From an uncultured virus (IMG/VR IMGVR_UViG_3300025133_000062) (lineage: Duplodnaviria > Heunggongvirae > Uroviricota > Caudoviricetes), in IMG/VR virus record IMGVR_UViG_3300025133_000062: DNA of 64,000 nt; one strand, given 5' to 3'. Position numbers and translations under genes: made by a program. Shown here in pieces: positions 26,218-37,223 of this stretch (position 1 is its first letter; each line of letters begins with the position of its first letter). The notes under the pieces are model-generated. The model had not been told where the DNA came from, made no database searches, and saw only the letters and a program-made list of their open reading frames with translations.

Positions 26218-26532
26218 ATGGGAACGCAAACCGCTATTGACGAGAAGGGGCGTTCTGTCCCGGCTCTCACTCCCTCTACCGTACAGACCATTACCGTTGC
26301 CGAAACTTCCGCTGCTATCAGCAGCGCAGTGGGCAGCGGCACTCGGGTTGTACGCCTGATTTCTAGCACCGATTGTCATTATGTTGTTGCAGCCAGCCCT
26401 ACGGCAGCGGCGACAGACAGTTTCCTACCGGCCAACACCATTGAATATATCAAGGTCAAGGAAGGAAGCAGTAAAGTAGCTGCCATACAGAATGCTGCTG
26501 GTGGCACCATGTATGTCACGGAAATGATCTAA
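26218..26532 (+). CDS. Small beta-rich structural protein
   Basis: VVRLISSTDCH...PTAAATDSFLPANTIEY. Confidence 0.65.
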   Translation: MGTQTAIDEKGRSVPALTPSTVQTITVAETSAAISSAVGSGTRVVRLISSTDCHYVVAASPTAAATDSFLPANTIEYIKVKEGSSKVAAIQNAAGGTMYVTEMI

Positions 26533-26555
26533 ACAAGTAACTGGGTAAGTGTATA

Positions 26556-27140
26556 ATGGCGACATCGGATATTGATATTGCTTCGCAAGCCCTGGTTCTC
26601 ATCGGTGCCAATCCGATCAGTGACTTTGATGAAGGCAGTACTGAAGCGACAGTAGCCGACAACGTTTATGAAATGATTGTGGCGTCGGCCCTGACCCGCT
26701 ATCGCTGGCGGTTCGCTACTGGTCAGATTGCACTCTCCCGTTTGGCTAGTGGGCCAGTGGCCCGCTGGGATGCGGCTTACCAAAAGCCCACCGATCCAAT
26801 GCTATTGGCGATCCACGCTGTGACCGTGTTGGATAATCCTATTCAATTCGATATTTACGAAGACAAGATTTACTGTGATGCCGCTACAGACGACATCGTG
26901 GTGATGGATTATACCTACCGCTCCGGGACTGCTGATTGGCCTCCTTACTTTATCCGCGCCCTGGTTTACGATCTGGCTGGCGTCTTTGCTGGTTCTATTG
27001 CCCAAAAGGGCGAACTGGCGGATCACTATGAAAACCGCGCTGAGTTCTATTATCAGAAGGCTTCCAATGTTGAAGCCCAGCAACGCACAACCAAACGGAT
27101 TAATGCCCGCAAAAGCCTGATCAATACGAGGTTTTCGTGA
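26556..27140 (+). CDS. Tail adaptor (tail tubular protein A, T7 gp11-like)
   Basis: DIASQALVLIGANPISDF, YRWRFA, WPPYF. Confidence 0.85.
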   Translation: MATSDIDIASQALVLIGANPISDFDEGSTEATVADNVYEMIVASALTRYRWRFATGQIALSRLASGPVARWDAAYQKPTDPMLLAIHAVTVLDNPIQFDIYEDKIYCDAATDDIVVMDYTYRSGTADWPPYFIRALVYDLAGVFAGSIAQKGELADHYENRAEFYYQKASNVEAQQRTTKRINARKSLINTRFS

Positions 27141-27152
27141 TGTCCGGGTGCC

Positions 27153-29438
27153 TTGAACATGGCTGATACACCAGCTTCTAACTTACGCACCTTACAGACG
27201 AGTTTCACCGCAGGTGAGCTTGATCCCTTGATGCGTATGCGTACTGATCTGAAGTCTTATTTCCAGGGGATGAGAACCGGACGAAATATATCGCCTTACG
27301 CGCAGGGCGGTTTTCGTCGTCGCCCCGGCACGATCTATCGAGCAGTGTTGGAAAATCCGAGTATTTTGCATGAATTTTCGTTTGGAGAAAACCAGAGTTA
27401 TATTTTTGCTTTCTCCAATACCAAGCTGACCATATATGATGAATCAGGGACGTTGGTGACGACGCTGACAGGCGCACCTTGGACTAATGATGAGATTAAC
27501 GCTCTGACCCTGACTTCTTCTGCCGATACTACCATAGTCTGCCACCAAAACTTCTGGCCTCAGTATATACTGCGTACTGGGGCCAGTTCTTTTACTTTAT
27601 CGGACTTTAGTTTTGAAGAACACTCTGATGGTTATCCCAGGTACCAGCCCTATTACAAGTTTGCCGCCGACAGTGTAACTCTAGCGCCGTCAGGAACCAG
27701 TGGGACAATTACGCTTACTACCAGTGCAAGCCATTGGACGGCGGATCATGTCGGAGCCATTATACGCTATAAAGACAAAGAAACCGAAATTACCGGCTAT
27801 ACCAGTGCCACGGAAGTCGATGCTACGGTCAGGGAGACACTCTCCGGTACATCTGCTGAAACGGATTGGGACGAACAGACCTTTTCTGGTGAGCGCGGGC
27901 ATCCAAGAGCGGTAAGTTTTCACGACCAGCGTTTGTTCTTTAGTGGGTCAACAGACCGGCCAGATGGCTTTTGGGGTTCCAAGACCAACGCATTCTTTAA
28001 CTTTGATGTCGGCACGGCTAAAGATGATGAAGCGATTGATGTGACGGTAACGGGTGATCGTGTGGCAGAGGTGCGTCATTTGGTATCGACCCGTAATCTG
28101 CAAATCTTTACCAACGGTGCCGAGCTTTATGTGCCGCAAAGTCCTGCTAATCCTCTGACCCCAACTAACGTACAATTCATACAGCAAACGCCTTATGGCG
28201 TATCCCAAATGGTGAACCCGGTGAAATTCGATGGTGCGACTCTTTTTATGCAGCGCACTGGGCAAACCATACGTGAGTATGTCTGGAGCGACACGGAACA
28301 AGCCTACACATCCGGTGCAATTTCCCTTCGGTCTAATCATTTAATAGGCACAGCAGTAGACAGCGCAGCGATATTGGGTACCGATACTCGACCAGAACAG
28401 TACGCCTTCTTTGTTAAAAATGATGGCGATATGACGGTTTTTCACTCGGTACGTTCAGAGGAACTTGCTGGCTGGGGCTTATGGACCACTGAAGGTGATT
28501 TCAAAAGCATAACCAGCGTGGAGAATAAACTATTTGCAGCGGTAGAGCGTACCATTAATGGCTCTACGGTTTTATGGTTAGAACAATTCTCAGACGATGA
28601 AACATTGGATGCCTCCAAGTTGTTTGCAGCCGATACGGATCGTGTAACCAATGGTGCTTTCGCTGCGGATACCGGCTGGACCAAAGGAACGGGCTGGTCG
28701 ATTACAGGCGGTGCGGCGGTATGTGACGGTACTCAGTCTACGACCTCAGAATTATCCCAAACCTTTTCTGGCGTCAACGGAAATATCTATAAGGTTCAGT
28801 TCACCATTTCCGATTACACGGCTGGTACGATTTTGCCCAAAGTGCTGAACGGGTCTGGCACCAGCGTTAATGATAATGGAACGTATATACAGTACGTCAC
28901 GGCGGCGGCAGGAACAGATTTGATCTTCCTGGCGAATGCCGCTTTTAATGCCAGTATCGATGATGTCAGTGTTTATGAAGTCACTAAATCATATACATCG
29001 GCACATATGCCTAATGAAACGTTGCGCGTAACAACTAATGACGCAGCCCAGTATGCCGGTGAATATGCGGCTAATTCCAGCGGCATCATTACCACGGACG
29101 AATACCTTAATGGCGCGACGGCTGGCCTGGATTACACCATAAGCGTGGAAACCATGCCAATGGATGCGGTTATTCGGGGTATTGGTGCGGTGACGGGTGA
29201 GCAAAAGCGTATCAGCCGTGTTGTGGTGTCGGTTTACGGAACTCAGGCTTTGAGTTTATCCGGCAACAAGCTGGTTCTAACACAGACTAATCAGGATTTT
29301 TCTAATCCACCGACATCGGTGGAGGGCGAATATCAGTTTTTCATGTTGGGGTGGGCTCTTGATCCCACTGTAATAATTTCTCAATCCGAACCCCTGCCTT
29401 TGACGGTGCGGGGGCTTTATGCGGAGGTAACGGCGTAA
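27153..29438 (+). CDS. Tail nozzle (tail tubular protein B, T7 gp12-like) with inserted carbohydrate-binding-like domain
   Basis: QTSFTAGELDP, GGFRRRPG, HPRAVSFHDQRL, QSEPLPLTV. Confidence 0.9.
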   Translation: MNMADTPASNLRTLQTSFTAGELDPLMRMRTDLKSYFQGMRTGRNISPYAQGGFRRRPGTIYRAVLENPSILHEFSFGENQSYIFAFSNTKLTIYDESGTLVTTLTGAPWTNDEINALTLTSSADTTIVCHQNFWPQYILRTGASSFTLSDFSFEEHSDGYPRYQPYYKFAADSVTLAPSGTSGTITLTTSASHWTADHVGAIIRYKDKETEITGYTSATEVDATVRETLSGTSAETDWDEQTFSGERGHPRAVSFHDQRLFFSGSTDRPDGFWGSKTNAFFNFDVGTAKDDEAIDVTVTGDRVAEVRHLVSTRNLQIFTNGAELYVPQSPANPLTPTNVQFIQQTPYGVSQMVNPVKFDGATLFMQRTGQTIREYVWSDTEQAYTSGAISLRSNHLIGTAVDSAAILGTDTRPEQYAFFVKNDGDMTVFHSVRSEELAGWGLWTTEGDFKSITSVENKLFAAVERTINGSTVLWLEQFSDDETLDASKLFAADTDRVTNGAFAADTGWTKGTGWSITGGAAVCDGTQSTTSELSQTFSGVNGNIYKVQFTISDYTAGTILPKVLNGSGTSVNDNGTYIQYVTAAAGTDLIFLANAAFNASIDDVSVYEVTKSYTSAHMPNETLRVTTNDAAQYAGEYAANSSGIITTDEYLNGATAGLDYTISVETMPMDAVIRGIGAVTGEQKRISRVVVSVYGTQALSLSGNKLVLTQTNQDFSNPPTSVEGEYQFFMLGWALDPTVIISQSEPLPLTVRGLYAEVTA

Positions 29439-30049
29439 TGGGTAAGGTAGCAAAAGTAGCCCTGCCTGTTTTAGGCATGGCGGGACTAGGCTTTGGGATG
29501 GCTGGAATGGGGCCGTTGGCTGGTATGATGGGTACTGCTGCTGGATCAGGTGCCGCATCAGGTATGTTTGCCCCTTCTGTCGCTGCCATGAATGCCGGTG
29601 CATCCACCGGGTTCTCACTTTTTAGCAAGGCCAATCTTGGTCTAATGGCATCAGGGGTGTCAGCGGCTGGTTCTATCTTTGGCGGCATGCAGTCAAATGA
29701 ATTGGCGCGGTTGCAAATGAATGAACTGGCAACCAGTAAGGCAATCAGAGAAACGCAAATCTTGCAAGAACAGAACGATTTAAGAAATCGGCATGCCAGA
29801 TGGGAAGCAACCGCTAGAAATGTCTTGCCGGGTGGCGGCAGCAAACGCGCTTTTTTGAAAGACAGTAACAATACTCTGCAACGTGCATTGGATAATATCA
29901 GAATAACCGGCAGAGCCAGCATATCTTCTTTCAATAGTTCTATCGCCCAAGCTCAATTACAAGGACGGGCGGGTCTTTACAGTGGTTTCTCCAAAGGAGG
30001 GCGTAGCCTTCTGACCGGCTTCCAAAAATATCAGGAAACCAGGACGTAA
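29438..30049 (+). CDS. Internal virion/ejection protein (gp14-like)
   Basis: Gly/Ala-rich hydrophobic N-terminus; position after nozzle. Confidence 0.65.
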   Translation: MGKVAKVALPVLGMAGLGFGMAGMGPLAGMMGTAAGSGAASGMFAPSVAAMNAGASTGFSLFSKANLGLMASGVSAAGSIFGGMQSNELARLQMNELATSKAIRETQILQEQNDLRNRHARWEATARNVLPGGGSKRAFLKDSNNTLQRALDNIRITGRASISSFNSSIAQAQLQGRAGLYSGFSKGGRSLLTGFQKYQETRT

Positions 30050-30060
30050 AGGAAAGGATA

Positions 30061-33051
30061 GTGGGCAATAATAAAATACAGCCTTTTACAGGTTCAAAGA
30101 AGATAAGTCTTCCCCAGAAGATTAATTTCTCTGGTACGCAAGCTAGTATACGCGCTTGGCAGCAGGAGGCGGCTGGTTTTGAAGGCATTGCCAACCAAAT
30201 GTTCGCCAGGGCGGGAAGGGAAGCGGCCCACAAAGGTGCCGAAGCAGGTAAGTCGGCTATTGCCTTGCAGCCTGACGGCACGGTTACACGCCAAGATATG
30301 CCTGATGCAGGCGATATTTATACGGAAAACTTTGAAAGGGCGCAGCGACAGGCACATCTTTCAGCAATTAACAATTCCATGCGCGAAAAGGCCAATGGTA
30401 TTTTGGCCGAATTGCAGTTTAATCCTGATAGGGATAACCAATGGGAAACACAGTTTACCCAAAAGGTCGCCAACACTTTTATTGCCAGTTCTGATCCTGA
30501 CATCCAGCAAGCTGTTCAGTTTGAAGCAGAAATGTTACGCCAGCAGGGGGCTAACAAACTGCATGGCATTACATTAAAGGAAGAAGCAACCTTCCAGTTA
30601 AGCGCAAAGAAGCAGGACGTTTCAGACAGCATTGCCAAGATAGAGCAATCTGCCTTAACCGGCACTGGCATTTTGATCGGAAAAGATGGGAAGGTCACAG
30701 TATCAGATGAAGTGAAGGCGCTTTATGTTTCAACGACAGCAAAGGTTACAGCCAATGTAGGTCGAGGACCGACCGATTTTACTCCCGAACAAGCGGCGGC
30801 ATTCCAAAAACGAATTAACATCTCCCACGCTACTGGCGTTATGGCAAAGATTCTTGAGGGCCAAAACCATGGTTCTGTTGCTTTAACCAAAACGTTTCAG
30901 AAATTTATAAATAGCTCTGATGATTTTTACGGCCAGAAATTAAGTCGCGATGACAGACAAAAAATTGTCGCCAATCTGGAAGGTGATATCGCTGCGCGGA
31001 ACGCTGCTTACAGGGCGGAAAAAGCAGACGCAAAAGAAAATCTAACACGCCGTTTAAAGGTGTTTGAAGCTGACGTTCTTGACCGCGAGGCTCTTGGTTC
31101 CCCCATGACGCCTTATATGCGGGAAGAATTAGCCAAACGGTCTGGTTTAAATCCGGACGACCCGACAGTGCGCCTCACTCTGGCTGAATTAAATTTTAAA
31201 GGTGGGGCAGCTGAAAAGGAACACGTAAAGAACGTTATGACCATTGCTTTCCGCGACGACTTTAATGACAAGAATCTTCATGGAATGTGGACCACAAAAG
31301 ACGCCGTAGAGTGGCGGGAGAAGGCGAAAGACCATCCATCGTTGGTCCTGGAAATACAAAAAAATACGCAAAAATATTTCTCTGGCCAGAACAAAGGTGA
31401 AGCTGAACTCGACGCGCAAGGCGCGAAGACCTATTTGGAAGTTGGTGTGGAGAAAGGCTCTATCGGGCGCGATAGGCTGCGAGACATTTGGTCCCTCGCC
31501 ATGATTAAGGCAGCTAAAGGCGAGAATCTGACCCCAGTTGAAATATACATCACGACCAAGGGGAATTATAAAACGCTAAGAGACGGCGTTAATACATACG
31601 AAAACCGTTCCGGGATTGCCAGGATAGCCAAGATGCGCCGACAGATTGACAGCCAAGGTGGTCCTCAGACGGCGGACCAAGTTGACTTCCTCTTTAAGGA
31701 CACTTACGGCAACCAACATATTTCGACAGCCGCGGGGCAGGAGTCGGTGGCTCGTTTTGTGGTAGAGCATAATCGTATGCCCAGATTTGTTCAGGTGCAA
31801 TTCAACAAAATCGGTGGGGTTAGAAGCGATGCTGGCATGGTGTTCTTGTCTGGCATTTATATGCGTACCCAGCAAGTGGAGAAGCCAGACCCTGCGGTCA
31901 TTTCTTTCTTTGATGGTTTCGGTCCCAGAATAAAAGAAAGAGTAGCCGAATTATCCCAGTTTCTAAAGGACGGGAGTATGGACCCGACCAATTTGGATGA
32001 AGAACAGGACAAACTAGTGACCACTGTTTTAGAAGGGCAGCGGAGAGAAGATGACCAGATCAGAAATGGCGAAACGCTTAGTCGTGTTGCTGGCGATGTT
32101 CAGAACCATGCCTCTTTAACACATGCATTTTTGGGAGACTATGAAAATTTAGGCAGCGTGTTCACCCGGTTTTCTGTCCACAATATCACGGCGGCGATGA
32201 CATCTAAGCAGGGTTCTTTCTTGCCGGAAGCCTTGCGGGCCTCCCCCGCCTTTATGACGCTGCATAAGCGTATATATGAAAAAATCCGGCGCGGCACATC
32301 TAATGATGAAGTCGCCCAGCAGGAAACCATACGAGTGATGTCGCGCATTACTGGGTTGTCTGACTATTCCCAGATGAATGGGCTGGATAGTCTAAAGAGT
32401 GAGAAAGGCTGGATGGCTTTCCCACCAGAGCAAATGATAAGTAGGCCTGATGCTACTGGTAGGCGATTTAATATCGGCGCGGCCTTGGTGGAAAATAAGC
32501 CTGTTGCTGATCGCATGTTGTTTGAACAGGCTTTAATTAGCGACCCTGCTTTAAGCACTGATAAGTTTATCAACAAGTTTGGGACCATCGGTGAAATTAT
32601 ATCACGGCGAAATGCTTTCTGGCTTTTGCCTGTTGGCGGCTCACGGCATGAAGCGGCTTACAAGATTGTCATCCGCAGCGAAAGCGGTGAATTACACGAA
32701 GTAAACCGTCGCGTGGTGATCAATGAAGCCTTTGGGCGTCAAGTGGCTATGCGAGCCTCCATCATTGCCCAGGTAAATCCCCAGACTGCCCTCCCGCGAA
32801 TAAAGAAGCTGATGAAATTGATGTATAATGAAAAAATAGAAACTTTGAGCGATATGGTGCGGAGCGGGCGTATTCCAAATTCTCAAATCCCTGGCGTGGC
32901 CTTACCTTTCAATGCCAATTTTTGGTATCATTTAGGTAACGATGTAATGGAAGGTCTTTGGTCTGGTGTGAAAGATATAGGCCGATTGACTGCCAAACTG
33001 AATGACGAGAAACTTGCCAACCATGCGACTAAATATGAGGTTGGCCCCTAA
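30061..33051 (+). CDS. Internal virion/ejection protein (gp15-like)
   Basis: Large helical protein in the ejection-gene position. Confidence 0.65.
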   Translation: MGNNKIQPFTGSKKISLPQKINFSGTQASIRAWQQEAAGFEGIANQMFARAGREAAHKGAEAGKSAIALQPDGTVTRQDMPDAGDIYTENFERAQRQAHLSAINNSMREKANGILAELQFNPDRDNQWETQFTQKVANTFIASSDPDIQQAVQFEAEMLRQQGANKLHGITLKEEATFQLSAKKQDVSDSIAKIEQSALTGTGILIGKDGKVTVSDEVKALYVSTTAKVTANVGRGPTDFTPEQAAAFQKRINISHATGVMAKILEGQNHGSVALTKTFQKFINSSDDFYGQKLSRDDRQKIVANLEGDIAARNAAYRAEKADAKENLTRRLKVFEADVLDREALGSPMTPYMREELAKRSGLNPDDPTVRLTLAELNFKGGAAEKEHVKNVMTIAFRDDFNDKNLHGMWTTKDAVEWREKAKDHPSLVLEIQKNTQKYFSGQNKGEAELDAQGAKTYLEVGVEKGSIGRDRLRDIWSLAMIKAAKGENLTPVEIYITTKGNYKTLRDGVNTYENRSGIARIAKMRRQIDSQGGPQTADQVDFLFKDTYGNQHISTAAGQESVARFVVEHNRMPRFVQVQFNKIGGVRSDAGMVFLSGIYMRTQQVEKPDPAVISFFDGFGPRIKERVAELSQFLKDGSMDPTNLDEEQDKLVTTVLEGQRREDDQIRNGETLSRVAGDVQNHASLTHAFLGDYENLGSVFTRFSVHNITAAMTSKQGSFLPEALRASPAFMTLHKRIYEKIRRGTSNDEVAQQETIRVMSRITGLSDYSQMNGLDSLKSEKGWMAFPPEQMISRPDATGRRFNIGAALVENKPVADRMLFEQALISDPALSTDKFINKFGTIGEIISRRNAFWLLPVGGSRHEAAYKIVIRSESGELHEVNRRVVINEAFGRQVAMRASIIAQVNPQTALPRIKKLMKLMYNEKIETLSDMVRSGRIPNSQIPGVALPFNANFWYHLGNDVMEGLWSGVKDIGRLTAKLNDEKLANHATKYEVGP

Positions 33052-36000
33052 TGTCAGAAATTGGCTACAAGGCGCTATTCAATCAAGACCCGTTACCCCT
33101 GCCTGATTACGACCAGAAGGGCTTATTCACAGATACGCCTTCTTTGCTGTCTGAGGAGGGTATCCCGGCGTTTATACAGGGGTTTAAAAACGAAAATTTC
33201 TTCTATAACGCCGCTATGTGGGCTACCGGCAATGACGCTGAAGATCGTGTGGATGAACAGCTTGCGGCTTACCGGGAGTGGGGCTCTAAGCCTGATCCAA
33301 ACTTTAACCCAATTATCGATGAGTTTACCCAGGCGGCACCTGAGAAATTCCGCAGCTATGTCGCCAGGGCGCAAAATGTGGAAGAAGCCCGTTTGATCTT
33401 AGACGGCCTGGAAGCGGAGGAGCAGGAAAAAATTATGGTTGCTTCCCAAGCCCCGGCATCGCTCTTGTTCGGATCGACGGCTGGTATTTATGCGTCACCT
33501 TCTGGTCTTTACGCTCTGAAGATGACCAAGTTTCGCCAGTTGCCTGCCTTTGCTGCCATGTCCACAGCGGAAGAATTTATGGCGCACGAAGTTCAGGCTG
33601 AGCGTACTTTTGAACAAAGTAAAACAAATATCCTCCACGGTACTATAGGCGTTGGCGCTTTTATCGCTATCCAGAAGACCCTACATGCGCTTGGCGGTAT
33701 CCGTGCCAAGGATGCGGAAACCTATGCGCGGCATATAGACGAAAAATATACCGAATACAACGTTAAGACGGGACTCGGCGATGATGTTGACGACTTGCCC
33801 TCTGGAAGCCGGGTGCAGGAAACTGATGTTCAAAATGGAGGTCGAACTTTTGACGACCTAATGAAAGACCCGAAGGTTTCTGAAGAAGCCAAAATGAACG
33901 CAATGAGGAATAATCCTGATTTTGAGTTTGGGGCTACCGAACCAGCGCCAGCAAGAACACCCAAAATGTCAAAACAGGAAATTATCGTACATGAGGCCAA
34001 GTTGGCTGACATTGATAATCTCAGTATTCCAGAGCAAATCAAAACGGCTGAATTGGAATTGAAGAGGTTGTTTGATGAAACAAGGGTGGGGGCAACATCT
34101 CTTGATGACGCTATTCTAATAGGCAAAGAGCGAGAAGTTCTGGAAGCTAGGCTTGATAAAATAAACCCCGGCAGACAAACAGAAGCAAGAAGCCCTGAAG
34201 CCATTAACGAAAACGCTAACCCCCTCAGTTTTTTTGATGATGAAGGGAATATTGTCCGAAATAAGGGGGCTAGAGATGCTGACGAGTTGCCCTTTGTCGG
34301 CGGCGACAAGGAAGTGGACCCGCCCAGAACGACATTGCGGATTAATCCAGAAGATGATCTGGACGAATTTATCCCCAGCCGTGATCTAGGGTTTGAAGAA
34401 CCGTCTGTTAGATACAAAGAACCTCATATGGATTTGGCTGATGGGGAAAGGTTGGCCCCTGCAATGGGGATTGAACACCTTAAAGATAACCCGGTAAAGC
34501 GCATTCTGATGGGTAGTTCTAATTATGCGCGAGGCATGATCCCTCATTTGGTAGAGCATTCCTTCTACACTATGAATAATATAAAAGGATTTGCCACGGC
34601 AATTGGGATAGACCGTCTAATCGCAAAGAACTGGTTGGGTCAAAGGCTGGTTCCTGCTTTAAGCAAAACAGAAGAACTTTATGCTCTTTACCGTAATCGG
34701 GTTGCTGGCGATGCGTCCAAGAGCATGTTGCGGCAAAAAGTTAAAGATAAAATCATTGGCAATAAAGGGGCAATGGGACCGGATGAGTTTTTAGAAGAGG
34801 TTGGGAAAGCCAAGATGCGGCTTGACGACCCGGAGGCTTTAAAAGCATTCCCAAAGGAAGTCGTTGAGGCTGCAAAAGAGTGGACTGAACGTGTTTTTCG
34901 CCCACTTAGTGAAGCAGCAAAGAAAGAGCGCATGTTTAGCCTTGCTGCACGGCGGGAACACTCTCGTCTAACAAAAGAGCTTCGGTACAAAGAAAAAGAA
35001 ACAGGCGACCCAGCAAAACAAGCTGAAGAAACCGCGCAACTAAATACCCGTATCAAAGAATTAGAAGACAATATCAAAGCAATGGACAATTTGGAAATTA
35101 CCGATAATTTCCTCAACCGTCTTTATCGTATTGACGTACTTAAAAGCGCCGAGGGTAAAACGGCTTGGGTTAAATTACTGGGTCAATACGGGTACAGCCC
35201 TAAAAAAGCGGAAGCCATACGGCAGAAAATCATTGGCGAAATCCCTTATACAGATTTAGTGAAAGACCCTATCGGTCTAGCGCGGTCTTTAAGAGAACGG
35301 ACATTATCGGAAATCCCCAATACTGCTTTGGAACCGTTTTTAGAAACAAATATTAATGCTTTGGGGCGTTATTACGCTATGCGTATGGGAGCCGACGTTG
35401 AGCTTTTCAAAAAATTCGGTTCTGTGGACTTGAAACCTCAAATTGACGCTATCCGGAATCAATATATGTCTTTGATCAGCAAGGCCAAGAGTAACAGCAA
35501 GAAGGCCAAGTTGGAAAAAGAGATGAACCAGACTATAGAGGATGTTGAGGCTATTCGTGATCGTGTTCGCGGTACTTATGGTTTGCCTGATAATCCTGAT
35601 AGCTGGACTAATCGGGGTTTGCGGATCGCTCGTATGTGGAATGCAACCTCCATGCTGACAGGAGCGTTGGCGGCGGTACCTGACGTTGGCAATATCATCC
35701 TGGCCGAAGGAATTAAACGCTCTTTTGGGGTAACCTTTGAATCATTTTTCAAGGAAACCAGGGCGCTCAATCTGGCAGGCCAGGAAGCACGGTTGGCTGG
35801 CGAGGCATTGGATATGTATCTTTCCATGCGCTCGGCGATGTTTGCCGATTTAGGGGAAAGTATTTCCATCCGCAGCGGCTTTGAACGTGGGATGGGAACC
35901 TTCACTCAGGCTTATTTTAATATCAATCTGATGAACCCCTGGACCACCAGCATGAAGACCCTAACCAGCTTAATCTCCGGTTCTCGTATGCTAGAAGACG

Positions 36001-37223
36001 CCATTTTGACAACTCGGCATTTACGCAATAGTGGCTCGGCCAAGATCGTTGTCGGTGAATCCACAGCGCGAGACGGCAGACCTTTGATGGGTAGTTATTC
36101 GCCTTCTAAGAACCGGGTAACTATCAATGTCGATCTGATGAAGCAAAAATATAAGTCGAAGGCTTGGCGTGACCCCGCTATGAAGGGTGTGGAGCCGTTA
36201 TCTGACGATTTATTTCCCACCTTTGCCGATTGGAAGCGATTCATTATCGAACATGAATTGGCGCATGCTGATCATGCCACCCAAAAAGGGTGGTCGGCTG
36301 CACGGATTGCCCAAAATGAAAACAAAATCAATCGTATTGCCATAAAGCGGATGAAACTGATCGGCAAAAAGACCGGCAAGTTTGAAGTCACCAGACTGCG
36401 CTTTGCTGGTATCGATGATAAAATGGCGGTACGCATTGCTGACCAGATGGAAACTTACGGCTTGTTTGGCGACCATGTACGCATTGCGCGGTCGCATTTG
36501 TGGGAAGATAAGGCCGCTGCGGAGGTCTTCCGGGGTGCCTTGGGTAAGGAAATTAACAAGATTATCGTTACACCAGGAAAAGGTGATCTACCTAACGTCA
36601 TCGGTGGCGGGATTGGACATATATTACCAGAAAAACTCAAGAAATCTGCACGAGATACGGTAAGTGCTATGCCGGAAGGTGCAGCCAAGGATGCTGTGGA
36701 GAAGGCCGGCGCAATCTTTATGTCGGAGGAAATGTCCCGCACCATCTTCCAGTTTAAGAGTTTTGCCATTGCCGCCCAGCATCGTGTTCTGACTCCTGGG
36801 TTGCAGCAGATGAACAAGAACACATTGATGGGCCTTGTAGCTCTTGTGGGGCTGGGTGCTGTTGTAGACCAAATTAGACGCAGACAGTACGGTGGAACAC
36901 ATGCGTCGTTTTCTAAACAGTTGATTTCTGCCATAGAGCGATCCGGGGTTACCGGCTACATCACAGATGTTATGCGTTTGGCAGAAAATTTACAAAACCC
37001 ACTCTCCCGCCCTGATCGGGTTGTCAATGCTTTGGGGGGGCCAATTGTGCAACAACTAGAGAACGCTGCTGATGTAATATTCGACTATTCTGGACTTGGC
37101 AATATTAACAAGACAACGAACAAGCATCTTATTGATATAGCTCCATTTGGGAATGTAGCACATTTACAATGGCTAAATGATTACAACTATCATGCTTTGA
37201 ACAGCTTAACCGGGAACGAATAG
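33051..37223 (+). CDS. Large internal virion/ejection protein (gp16-like) with HExxH metallopeptidase-like insert
   Basis: 1390 aa; C-terminal IVTPG...FQFKSF...AIERSG typical of this ejection family; HELAH at 36252-36266. Confidence 0.75.
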   Translation: MSEIGYKALFNQDPLPLPDYDQKGLFTDTPSLLSEEGIPAFIQGFKNENFFYNAAMWATGNDAEDRVDEQLAAYREWGSKPDPNFNPIIDEFTQAAPEKFRSYVARAQNVEEARLILDGLEAEEQEKIMVASQAPASLLFGSTAGIYASPSGLYALKMTKFRQLPAFAAMSTAEEFMAHEVQAERTFEQSKTNILHGTIGVGAFIAIQKTLHALGGIRAKDAETYARHIDEKYTEYNVKTGLGDDVDDLPSGSRVQETDVQNGGRTFDDLMKDPKVSEEAKMNAMRNNPDFEFGATEPAPARTPKMSKQEIIVHEAKLADIDNLSIPEQIKTAELELKRLFDETRVGATSLDDAILIGKEREVLEARLDKINPGRQTEARSPEAINENANPLSFFDDEGNIVRNKGARDADELPFVGGDKEVDPPRTTLRINPEDDLDEFIPSRDLGFEEPSVRYKEPHMDLADGERLAPAMGIEHLKDNPVKRILMGSSNYARGMIPHLVEHSFYTMNNIKGFATAIGIDRLIAKNWLGQRLVPALSKTEELYALYRNRVAGDASKSMLRQKVKDKIIGNKGAMGPDEFLEEVGKAKMRLDDPEALKAFPKEVVEAAKEWTERVFRPLSEAAKKERMFSLAARREHSRLTKELRYKEKETGDPAKQAEETAQLNTRIKELEDNIKAMDNLEITDNFLNRLYRIDVLKSAEGKTAWVKLLGQYGYSPKKAEAIRQKIIGEIPYTDLVKDPIGLARSLRERTLSEIPNTALEPFLETNINALGRYYAMRMGADVELFKKFGSVDLKPQIDAIRNQYMSLISKAKSNSKKAKLEKEMNQTIEDVEAIRDRVRGTYGLPDNPDSWTNRGLRIARMWNATSMLTGALAAVPDVGNIILAEGIKRSFGVTFESFFKETRALNLAGQEARLAGEALDMYLSMRSAMFADLGESISIRSGFERGMGTFTQAYFNINLMNPWTTSMKTLTSLISGSRMLEDAILTTRHLRNSGSAKIVVGESTARDGRPLMGSYSPSKNRVTINVDLMKQKYKSKAWRDPAMKGVEPLSDDLFPTFADWKRFIIEHELAHADHATQKGWSAARIAQNENKINRIAIKRMKLIGKKTGKFEVTRLRFAGIDDKMAVRIADQMETYGLFGDHVRIARSHLWEDKAAAEVFRGALGKEINKIIVTPGKGDLPNVIGGGIGHILPEKLKKSARDTVSAMPEGAAKDAVEKAGAIFMSEEMSRTIFQFKSFAIAAQHRVLTPGLQQMNKNTLMGLVALVGLGAVVDQIRRRQYGGTHASFSKQLISAIERSGVTGYITDVMRLAENLQNPLSRPDRVVNALGGPIVQQLENAADVIFDYSGLGNINKTTNKHLIDIAPFGNVAHLQWLNDYNYHALNSLTGNE

